42,280 nt of DNA from a virus (lineage: Duplodnaviria > Caudoviricetes): positions 1 through 42,280 of the IMG/VR virus record IMGVR_UViG_3300033067_000119; one strand, given 5' to 3'. The position numbers were made by a program, and so were the translations under genes. Position 1 is the stretch's first letter. Each line of letters opens with the position of its first letter. This document shows, piece by piece, positions 1 through 6,892 of the stretch. A model generated the notes under the pieces. That model was not told where the DNA came from. It ran no database searches and saw nothing but the letters and a program-made list of their open reading frames with translations.

Positions 1-176
1 ATGCCTGCCGAAGCGGCCTCCACCACGATCAACGCTGTGTCCTTCGCTTTGATGCCTACGAGACACCAGAGGGTGCCGCCGAGTGCTCCGAAGACCAGGT
101 TGAGCGGGTAGATGTTGAGGGCTGTTAGGACCATGCCCACCAGGTAGAAGACAGTGCCAGACCAACGGGTGCTCAT
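1..176 (-). CDS. small hydrophobic membrane protein (70 aa), continues across the window junction to a stop at 42244-42246
   Basis: ATG at 176 overlaps the previous stop (ATGA). MSTRWSGTVFYLVGMVLTALNIYPLNLVFG... continues in frame as ...AGIYLFGLVIWSTK* from 42280. Confidence 0.7.
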   Translation of the reverse strand, partial: MSTRWSGTVFYLVGMVLTALNIYPLNLVFGALGGTLWCLVGIKAKDTALIVVEAASAG

Positions 177-352
177 ACCGAGTTCTTAGCCTTAAGTTTG
201 GCTTCTGTAGCTTCAACTAAGCCCCGATAGTCATCGTAGTCTGTTGTGTATATAAGGTCGTTGATTTCAAACACACTTAGACCAACCCATTCACGCTCTT
301 GCTCTGACTGTGCCTTACACTGCTCGCAATCGTGGTTCACGCATCCGATCAT
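173..352 (-). CDS. hypothetical early protein (59 aa)
   Basis: Translated by hand: MIGCVNHDCEQCK...REWVGLS...EAKLKAKNSV. GGAGG upstream and ATGA coupling at both ends. Confidence 0.65.
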   Translation of the reverse strand: MIGCVNHDCEQCKAQSEQEREWVGLSVFEINDLIYTTDYDDYRGLVEATEAKLKAKNSV

Positions 353-468
353 AGTGGTGCCTCCTCATAGTCAGCCAAACGCTGGCCCTCAATTGCCTTG
401 AGTAGCTTTGCCATCTCTTTGGGAGACAGGCGTGTGAAGGGCCATGTAGGCCATGCTCCTTGGGTCAT
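349..468 (-). CDS. hypothetical early protein (39 aa)
   Basis: MTQGAWPTWPFTRLSPKEMAKLLKAIEGQRLADYEEAPL. GGAGG RBS and ATGA coupling. Confidence 0.6.
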   Translation of the reverse strand: MTQGAWPTWPFTRLSPKEMAKLLKAIEGQRLADYEEAPL

Positions 469-665
469 GGTTGCACCTCCTGGATAGCACCAGGACGGAT
501 GCCAGGTGTCACCACCATGGATGCGCGTATAGCCTGGACCTTGAAGAGGGCCTGTAGGTGCTCCTTGGCCAGCTCTCGGAACTTGTCGTGCTGATAGCCA
601 CCGAGTGTAGACATAGCCATGGCCATGGTCTTGTCGATGGCTTCCTGTAATTGTTCAGAAGTCAT
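465..665 (-). CDS. hypothetical early protein (66 aa)
   Basis: ORF track 465..704. Start moved to MTSEQ, which follows a GGAG RBS. Confidence 0.65.
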   Translation of the reverse strand: MTSEQLQEAIDKTMAMAMSTLGGYQHDKFRELAKEHLQALFKVQAIRASMVVTPGIRPGAIQEVQP

Positions 666-919
666 GATAATCTCCAATGATGTGCCCTCGACATGAAGGC
701 ACACTCTTAGAGATTGTAGGATTGTCCCGAAGGCGTCCGCCCCTACACCCAGCGTATTAACGTGCTCTGGTCAGCACTTGTGCAATCATTATACACAAAC
801 CGAAAGGCTGTTGGTCAGCCCTTGGGTTTATGTACCGAACGCAGTGGCTGGCCAAGTCGATGCGCTTACTTTTTGAAACCATCGACCGGCCAAGTGAAAC
901 CACCTAAAAAAATGAAAAG

Positions 920-1105
920 TCAGACCGGCCAAGGCTCTGCGCTCTGGGCAAGGTCCAGCGCAAACCTCTTGGCGTAGTAGGACATCTCAGGCCTGAAGGT
1001 AGCTACAGAGTGCCACGACAGGAAGACAGGGTGCCTGACTTGCACAGCCAAGCCCATGCGCTCCCTCAGTATGCGGACATTCAGGGCCACAACCTCAACT
1101 GCCAT
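920..1105 (-). CDS. hypothetical early protein
   Basis: Part of ORF 920..1147. Start MAVEVV overlaps the upstream gene's end. Confidence 0.5.
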   Translation of the reverse strand: MAVEVVALNVRILRERMGLAVQVRHPVFLSWHSVATFRPEMSYYAKRFALDLAQSAEPWPV

Positions 1106-1334
1106 AGGTGCCCCATGCTGGCATCTGCCAACCCATCTCACGGACATCTGAGGGCAGCTCAGCCAAGGGTATGCGTCCCTCTTGGTAGTCGTGGAACTTG
1201 TGGAGGCAATCCCTCCAGTGGTCCGCTAGGTTTCTCGTGGTGGCACTGGGCCACTTGGCATTTTCGTACATCTGGACGTTGTGGACCAAGCGAGCCTCTA
1301 TTTGGGCCGGTGGAAGGTGTAGGGCCTTGGTCAT
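1095..1334 (-). CDS. hypothetical early protein
   Basis: GGAGG RBS and ATGA coupling to the upstream ORF. Confidence 0.65.
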   Translation of the reverse strand: MTKALHLPPAQIEARLVHNVQMYENAKWPSATTRNLADHWRDCLHKFHDYQEGRIPLAELPSDVREMGWQMPAWGTYGS

Positions 1335-1549
1335 ACAGCCTCCAAGTGCATACGCTCAGAGGTCACGAGGTTTTGGTGCAGGGCACGAGTCACGCGCCCG
1401 TCAGACCAGCGCACAGACACCAGCAGCAGGCCACCAGAACCAGACACCTCTAGAACCTCACCACGAGACCGACCAAGGTCATGCGCTTGGGTTGACTTGA
1501 GCCACTTGGAGGAGAACGCGACCGTGTCGCCTACCTTGAAAATTCGCAT
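1331..1549 (-). CDS. hypothetical early protein (small, possibly SH3/KOW-like)
   Basis: FKVGDTV start, beta-rich pattern, AAGGGG RBS. Confidence 0.6.
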   Translation of the reverse strand: MRIFKVGDTVAFSSKWLKSTQAHDLGRSRGEVLEVSGSGGLLLVSVRWSDGRVTRALHQNLVTSERMHLEAV

Positions 1550-1560
1550 GATGTAACCCC

Positions 1561-1791
1561 TTAAAAAACGTCCAAAATCTTCTCGTCATCCGTGGTGAGG
1601 ACAAATTGCAGCGGCTCAGCACCGGCGCACAGATCCACAGCCTCGACAATGGCGTCCACAGCGTCCGCAGCAGCACCAGAGCGCAAGCTAGGGTTAGCAG
1701 CGTCATCCAACAGCAGGCAACGGGTTGCCTTGGCTTCTAGGGCCTTCTTGAACGTGGAATAGTCACCCAAGCGGTAGAAGTAGAGCTTCAT
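1561..1791 (-). CDS. hypothetical early protein
   Basis: GGAGGT RBS and TAATG coupling. Confidence 0.6.
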   Translation of the reverse strand: MKLYFYRLGDYSTFKKALEAKATRCLLLDDAANPSLRSGAAADAVDAIVEAVDLCAGAEPLQFVLTTDDEKILDVF

Positions 1792-1973
1792 TATTTCACC
1801 TCCTCAATTTCGCGGACCTCTTCAATATTCCAGTCGCTGCCACCGTATGTATCGGGCTGGAAATCTCCTCCGTCCATGCTCTTGGCAATGGCGAAGGCCT
1901 CCTCTTGGTTCTCCGCTTCGATCTCGGCGGTGCAATATGTAATGTATGACGCAGTCACAATGAATTTTGGCAT
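1791..1973 (-). CDS. small acidic early protein (DpnD/PcfM-like pattern)
   Basis: AEIEAENQEEAFAIA motif and AGGAG RBS. Exact start codon uncertain. Confidence 0.6.
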   Translation of the reverse strand: MPKFIVTASYITYCTAEIEAENQEEAFAIAKSMDGGDFQPDTYGGSDWNIEEVREIEEVK

Positions 1974-2039
1974 GATCAATTCTCCTGAGGTTTGGGCAGG
2001 ACCGGCCCGACAAAGTGTCCACGGATACCCTCTAGATCG

Positions 2040-2057
2040 TCCTAGAGGGCAACCATT
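2040..2057 (-). promoter_or_regulatory. candidate phage RNAP promoter (variant)
   Basis: Minus strand AATGGTTGCCCTCTAGGA versus consensus AATGGTTGCACAATTGGA; intergenic. Confidence 0.5.
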
Positions 2058-2075
2058 GCCACTTGGTAAGGGTTA
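2056..2075. promoter_or_regulatory. candidate repressor operator
   Basis: TTGCCA-CT-TGGTAA-GGGTTA. Confidence 0.55.
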
Positions 2076-2747
2076 GGCCACAGCGATTGCGATTGCCTTC
2101 TTTTTGCTAACCCCGTGGGCGCGGAAGGCGACAATCACAGAACGATTGACCTTCTGGCACAGCTTGCACTCTGCACAGCTCTTGGCCTTGCCGGTTTGCT
2201 CAGGACAGACAACCACAGAGCGGCCCTCTGGTGTTGTGCTCTTCTCTGGGTGATCAGCGTCAACCACAGCGACCACAGGGCCGATATTCAGGGCAGCTAG
2301 AGTGTCCGCATGCTTGAGGTTGTTTCCAGACAGGTTGACAGTGAACCCTTGCTCATTAGACCACTGGACAATCTGGGCATTCATGCCCTTGTTCATATTG
2401 TGGTGAGTGTAGGTGAAACCCTTACGACCACGATTAGAACAAACCAGCTCAGTCATAGCCTCAAAATCAATAAAACCTTCCTCAGAGGGCAGGTCCCCAG
2501 CTTGATTGTGCCTCCACAGTTGACCCTCAGGCAACCCAGCGACAGAGCTGCAGAACTCACCCCAGCTCACCCCAGCTTCGTGGCGCGAGACCTTACCCCA
2601 GAACAAGGCCAGAGGGCCTCCATCGGCATAACAGCCTGATTTTTTAAAGGGACAGTCCGAAGGGCAGCTCTTGGCTTCTGTGGTTGAGACAGGGATAGGG
2701 CCAACCTTCTCGTTGCGGCTTTTGAGGGTGAGGTGAACTTGGGTCAT
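2073..2747 (-). CDS. Cys-rich phage protein (Gp88/radical-SAM-like, putative Fe-S)
   Basis: CPSDCPF..GCYA, WRHNQAGD, FTYTH and C-terminal CPEQ..CAECKLC; GGAG RBS. Confidence 0.65.
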   Translation of the reverse strand: MTQVHLTLKSRNEKVGPIPVSTTEAKSCPSDCPFKKSGCYADGGPLALFWGKVSRHEAGVSWGEFCSSVAGLPEGQLWRHNQAGDLPSEEGFIDFEAMTELVCSNRGRKGFTYTHHNMNKGMNAQIVQWSNEQGFTVNLSGNNLKHADTLAALNIGPVVAVVDADHPEKSTTPEGRSVVVCPEQTGKAKSCAECKLCQKVNRSVIVAFRAHGVSKKKAIAIAVA

Positions 2748-2780
2748 GATAGGAACTCCAGAGAATGAATGAGAGAATGA

Positions 2781-2811
2781 TTGTCTAATGGCAACTGTTG
2801 TCAGGTGTCAA
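2781..2811. promoter_or_regulatory. candidate operator within a sigma70-like early promoter
   Basis: TTGTCT-AA-TGGCAA-CTGTTG at 2781-2800. Minus-strand TTGACA at 2811-2806; the -10 element is weak. Confidence 0.5.
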
Positions 2812-2815
2812 GCAA

Positions 2816-2920
2816 TCAGCCGAGGAAACAGTATAGCAGAGTTAAAAATGCTATCCCGTAGACAATGAACAAGCAGAGGTGCTGCAGGGCTAACAGGGCG
2901 AGGTCTTTTGCGTTTGGCAT
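2816..2920 (-). CDS. 34-aa single-pass membrane peptide
   Basis: AGGAG RBS; MPNAKDLALLALQHLCLFIVYGIAFLTLLYCFLG. Confidence 0.55.
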   Translation of the reverse strand: MPNAKDLALLALQHLCLFIVYGIAFLTLLYCFLG

Positions 2921-2993
2921 TGTAGTAACTCCTAGGTTATCGGGACAATTCCCGCAGATACCCTCAGGCGACTAAGGGTATGCGCTGGCTTTG

Positions 2994-3398
2994 TCAGAGA
3001 CCGTTTTTCTTGAAATAGGCTTGAATGAGGTCACTCAGCACGTCACGGACAGCGAAGCGGTCCACGTTGTGGGTTGCAGCCAGCTTGTCCGCAGCAGCCG
3101 TGGACTCCTCACCGAAGCGGCTCCACAAGTCGAAGGCCTTATCTGCAGCCTCTTTGACCTTGCGCTCGTTTGCGACCCTCAGAGCGTCTGTGCGAGCCTC
3201 TTGGGTGACCCAAAGGTCAGCGATCACAACCTCACCCTCTTGGGTGCAGCTAGCAGCGTGGCGCACCTCAGAGATCAGCGTTGTGAGGTCCTCAAGCATT
3301 TGGCGGTCTGTGCCCTCAGCAAAGGCCTTGGCAGCGTTGACAGCACGAGAGGCTACACGTTCAATTTTGATCAGGTGTTCTAATGTGAAGACTTGCAT
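2994..3398 (-). CDS. first early gene, hypothetical helical protein
   Basis: 134-aa ORF with AGGAG RBS; first ORF after the terminal non-coding region. Confidence 0.75.
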   Translation of the reverse strand: MQVFTLEHLIKIERVASRAVNAAKAFAEGTDRQMLEDLTTLISEVRHAASCTQEGEVVIADLWVTQEARTDALRVANERKVKEAADKAFDLWSRFGEESTAAADKLAATHNVDRFAVRDVLSDLIQAYFKKNGL

Positions 3399-3451
3399 GT
3401 GAATAACTCCTAAGTGAACCCCTAGAACAGCTCTAGGGTTGCAATAACACT

Positions 3452-3467
3452 TGCTATAACCGTGCCA
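3452..3467 (-). promoter_or_regulatory. candidate sigma54 (-24/-12) promoter
   Basis: TGGCACGGTTATAGCA: GG-N10-GC, one mismatch to TGGCACG-N4-TTGCW. Confidence 0.5.
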
Positions 3468-3532
3468 ACCTGAAAACCCACCGATTAGAAACCTTAGGTA
3501 TTCAAAACGAGGGTCCTAGAGCTAGTCCTGTG

Positions 3533-3589
3533 GTCTCCATTGTGGTGCATGCTCACCAAAGCAGTGCAGGAATGATCGCTTGTGGTGCA
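3533..3589. promoter_or_regulatory. three NtrC-like binding sites
   Basis: Minus strand TGCACCACAATGGAGAC (3533-3549), TGCACTGCTTTGGTGAG (3552-3568) and TGCACCACAAGCGATCA (3573-3589) versus TGCACCA-N3-TGGTGCA. Confidence 0.45.
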
Positions 3590-3592
3590 TCC

Positions 3593-3629
3593 TGTGGATA
3601 GTGTGGATAACTGGAGGTGCTGTGGATAA
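3593..3629 (-). promoter_or_regulatory. DnaA-box cluster
   Basis: TTATCCACA exact at 3602-3610 and 3621-3629; CTATCCACA at 3593-3601. Confidence 0.6.
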
Positions 3630-3796
3630 CGTGGAGTAGTCGCTAGGTTGGTCTCTAGGACTGTTGTTTTTATACAACGAAAGCGCACCGATGCACGAGC
3701 ATGCACAGTGTTGTATTTTCGCAACACTTACTCTTGCACCGGTAGAACCCTCTAGATACCCCTGCACTAGATTCCATAGCTAGATAAATCCGTTAT

Positions 3797-3810
3797 AAAT
3801 CAACGACTTA
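3797..3810 (+). promoter_or_regulatory. IHF consensus site
   Basis: AATCAACGACTTA matches WATCAANNNNTTR; identical 14-mer at 39824-39837. Confidence 0.55.
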
Positions 3811-3949
3811 CGACAGCCTGTGACAGACCCTGTGCCAACCTGAGGTCAAACCTGAGGCAGAACGGGAGGAAACGGAGGGGCAGAGGGGGGAGTTCGCCAC
3901 CGCCATTTCTCGAGGTGGGCTTACATATTTTTTCAACTAATTATTTTGG

Positions 3950-4145
3950 ACCCTAGAGTCACACCTAAAGAACAATCCTCAGGAAGGCCTCCAGGAACCC
4001 CTAGAAGCCCTCTAATCGATCAACCCTAGGGTACCCCCTTAGTTGTCCTGAGGACTGTCTTTAAGACTATCATAGCTGGTATTATCATTGATGGTACTAT
4101 ACCTAGAGGTATCACCTAGAGACTCCTATAGAAACCTATAGGTTG
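3950..4145. repeat. short CCTAG/CCTAAAG/CCTATAG repeats, probably flanking the physical genome end
   Basis: Multiple CCTAGAG, CCTAAAG, CCTAGGG and CCTATAG units downstream of terL, analogous to the T7 terminal CCTAAAG arrays. Confidence 0.45.
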
Positions 4146-4391
4146 TCTCTGAGAGTACAGCTATATCCTAGCCGATATAGGCTCCAGATCCCTCTCTCTC
4201 TATTCTATTTACAGATATTATATGCTTACAATAGCTTACAACATCTGTGAAGAGAACAGAGAGAGAGAAGTGGAACCCACATCATCTAGGACACCTACAT
4301 CCTGAGCACGACATGAGGACCAGCCAGCTAAAGCCGGAACCCCAAGTAGCTATTCGCAACCCAGGATCATCCCTCAGAAAGCAAGGAGCTT

Positions 4392-4409
4392 TCCAATTGG
4401 GCAACCCTT
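4392..4409 (-). promoter_or_regulatory. candidate phage RNAP promoter (phiOR-like position)
   Basis: AAGGGTTGCCCAATTGGA immediately after the terL stop. Confidence 0.55.
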
Positions 4410-4435
4410 GGGTAACTCCTTGATTCATATAGGAT

Positions 4436-6097
4436 CTACGATCTAGTCATCCAGGTGGTCTGAGGACGTTCAGAGACACCAAAGACATTCCTATGGAAGT
4501 TCTTCAGCTCCTTATCCATGGCTGCTGACTTGATGTCCGTAGCTGCCTTGTTGTTGTCTCTGGCCATTGTCTCAGTCCAGTAGGCTACAGCGATGGCTAA
4601 GGCATCCAAGCGGTCATCATGGACCAGGGCACCACGATCTCGGGTAAGACGGGTCATCTGGTAGAACAGGGAGTACTTCACATCAGGGGCTGTATCGAAG
4701 TCCTTCTGGATCACCCTCTGGTCCACAATGAGCCTATGGGTGGACATGACGGGTTCCAGGGTGTCGATGATACGAGCTTCCTTCTGGGTGGAGTGTTTCA
4801 CCTCCTCCACGGTGCAGGGATAGATCCTCGCTAGGACAGGCTTGAGGAGCTGGGTGAACATACCGTCACCGAAGTTGGCCTCGATGATGATGTACTTGAT
4901 CTGGTTCCTCTTGGCTGCATAGGCCAGGGCTTCCAGGGTCTCCAGCTCATAGCCTCCGGTGATCCCTCCAGCCTCCGTGAGGAAGAGGTTACCTGCCAGG
5001 GCTTTGACACAGGCATAGCCGGTCTCGTCCTTACCACGACCTGAGGGGTCAATGGACATGACAGCCCCTGTGTACTCATTCATGTCGTCCGACTTCCACA
5101 TGGGTCTGTAGAAGCGGTCTCCAGTCAGAGCCACATTGGGGAGATCGTTGATGCACAGCTCAGGTGCAGCAGCCCAGGCCACCTTCAGATGACCCATGGT
5201 TGGGTTCAGGTTCTGAATCACCAGGTCTGAGACCTTCAGAGGGTACCTGTCGGCATCACTGAGGGATGTGTCGAGCTGGAACTGCAGGGCAAAGCCTGCC
5301 TTGCCATAGGATGCCCTACGCTCCAGTAGGTCTTCCTCAGAGAAACGCTTGGGATCTGTGGGCTGGGAGACCCTAGAGGCATCCTGCTCCAGTCCCTGGG
5401 TGATCATGGGGGCTAACTTGCCCTGGTACTTGATCACCTGAGACAGCTCTGGGTACAGGGCTGGCCAGATACGGACCTCATAGCCACGCTCAGGGAGCTG
5501 GTTGTAGAGGGACATCTCTGTCTGAGGGGTACCTAGGTAGATGATCCGTCCACCTGGCTTCAGAATGGCGTCAAATTCCTTCACAGCCTCAGAGAGCTTG
5601 TCTCGCATCATCTGGGTGGAGGAGTTGTTGGGAACCTCTACGTCATCAGCGATGAGTACGTCTGCTCGGGAACCCGTGATCTGACCGGTGATACCGACCG
5701 ACTTGACGCTGGGAGAATGATCAGGAGTAGCAGGACCAACGTCAAAAGCAATAACCGAATCCCTTTGGCCGTCACTCGGCTTAAGGTGTTGAAGCATGGG
5801 AATTTCATTGATCAATCGCTTTACAAAGGTTGAGAAGGCATCAGCTCGTTCCTTACTTGCGGAGACCACGAGGATCTTGAGCTGGGGATTGTTGACCAGG
5901 AGCCAACACACGAAGGCTGAAGTCAGCCAGGATTTGCCTACCCCTCGAAAAGCCTCGATGACAGACCGTCGAGGTCCGTTCTGTAGATAATGGGCAATGT
6001 CATATTGAACCGGTGTAGGTTCTGGAAGGTTCAGATGTTTCCAAATAACGTAGGAGAACTTCCTGAAGTCAGAGAGTACTGGGTGCTTATGGGTCAT
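4436..6097 (-). CDS. terL: terminase large subunit (T7 gp19-like)
   Basis: Walker A AFRGVGKS, Walker B LIADDVE, nuclease IDPSGRGKDE and HDDRLDA. Confidence 0.97.
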   Translation of the reverse strand: MTHKHPVLSDFRKFSYVIWKHLNLPEPTPVQYDIAHYLQNGPRRSVIEAFRGVGKSWLTSAFVCWLLVNNPQLKILVVSASKERADAFSTFVKRLINEIPMLQHLKPSDGQRDSVIAFDVGPATPDHSPSVKSVGITGQITGSRADVLIADDVEVPNNSSTQMMRDKLSEAVKEFDAILKPGGRIIYLGTPQTEMSLYNQLPERGYEVRIWPALYPELSQVIKYQGKLAPMITQGLEQDASRVSQPTDPKRFSEEDLLERRASYGKAGFALQFQLDTSLSDADRYPLKVSDLVIQNLNPTMGHLKVAWAAAPELCINDLPNVALTGDRFYRPMWKSDDMNEYTGAVMSIDPSGRGKDETGYACVKALAGNLFLTEAGGITGGYELETLEALAYAAKRNQIKYIIIEANFGDGMFTQLLKPVLARIYPCTVEEVKHSTQKEARIIDTLEPVMSTHRLIVDQRVIQKDFDTAPDVKYSLFYQMTRLTRDRGALVHDDRLDALAIAVAYWTETMARDNNKAATDIKSAAMDKELKNFHRNVFGVSERPQTTWMTRS

Positions 6098-6184
6098 AGA
6101 TTGGTTTAAAGGGGTCTAGAAGACGTTTTCAGAGTGAACCTAGGGGTTACCTAGGGTCCACTGAGAAACTGCCTTGTGGGCTGC

Positions 6185-6406
6185 TTAATTGGTGAGGTGG
6201 TTCGTCAGGTCTTGAAGACCACCTATGTGCTTGTCTCCGAGATAGATCTGGGGGACTGAGCGGTGCTTCTCTTTGAAGTCATCCAGTTCCACTGGAACCA
6301 GGTTCATGATGTCGATGTACTCGAACTCCTTGCCCTTGGACTTCAGGAGTTCCTTAGCATTCAGGCAGGGGCCACATCCTGGTCGGCCATAGACGGTGTA
6401 GGTCAT
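6185..6406 (-). CDS. glutaredoxin
   Basis: CGPC active site, SVPQI and IGG motifs. Confidence 0.9.
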   Translation of the reverse strand: MTYTVYGRPGCGPCLNAKELLKSKGKEFEYIDIMNLVPVELDDFKEKHRSVPQIYLGDKHIGGLQDLTNHLTN

Positions 6407-6672
6407 TTGGATGACATTCGGATTGGGACGACATTGTCATCGTCAAACACGGGGAGGTCGGAAAGATCGCCTAGAGGTGAACCTTGGGCAGCTATGGCCT
6501 CGATCTTGTTGTCCTTCAGAAACTGACGGGCAACGTTGAGGATGGCTGCAGGTGGCATGGAGAGACCTGTCTCAGGGTCAGTGAAGTCTTGAGACAGGGC
6601 TTCCGTAAGTACCTCAGCGAGCTTACCGTGAAGGCTACCTAGAGCCTTCTCGTCAGCTTTGCTTATTGTCAT
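6403..6672 (-). CDS. terS: terminase small subunit (T7 gp18-like)
   Basis: LNVARQFLKDNKI motif, size and position. Confidence 0.85.
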   Translation of the reverse strand: MTISKADEKALGSLHGKLAEVLTEALSQDFTDPETGLSMPPAAILNVARQFLKDNKIEAIAAQGSPLGDLSDLPVFDDDNVVPIRMSSK

Positions 6673-6890
6673 GCGAAGATTAGTTTGAGAGCTTTGTCAA
6701 AGCCAATTGACTGGCCTACGATTACAGCACAGGCACCCATGGCTAACCACTTGATTTGAGAGAGGGTCTTCTCGATACCCACGAGACTCCTTTTGAGCGT
6801 CTCTGAGATGTCTTGGAGCTTCTTCAGCTCCTCTTGGTGGTCATCCATGCGGTACTCTAGCTTGAGAATACGCTGTTCTAAGTGGTCCAT
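6669..6890 (-). CDS. small coiled-coil plus C-terminal TM protein (XhlA/holin-like)
   Basis: Heptad N-terminus and hydrophobic C-terminus at the holin position. Confidence 0.6.
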   Translation of the reverse strand: MDHLEQRILKLEYRMDDHQEELKKLQDISETLKRSLVGIEKTLSQIKWLAMGACAVIVGQSIGFDKALKLIFA

Positions 6891-6892
6891 GG

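Noticed and set aside
3494-3767. ORFs 3494-3727 and 3522-3767
   Set aside because: No RBS and unprotein-like composition. The region is dense in DNA-binding-type motifs.
3822-3838. Second sigma54 promoter at the other TGGCAC
   Set aside because: No GC at -12 (GG-N10-GT). It fits the arm-type-like repeat better.
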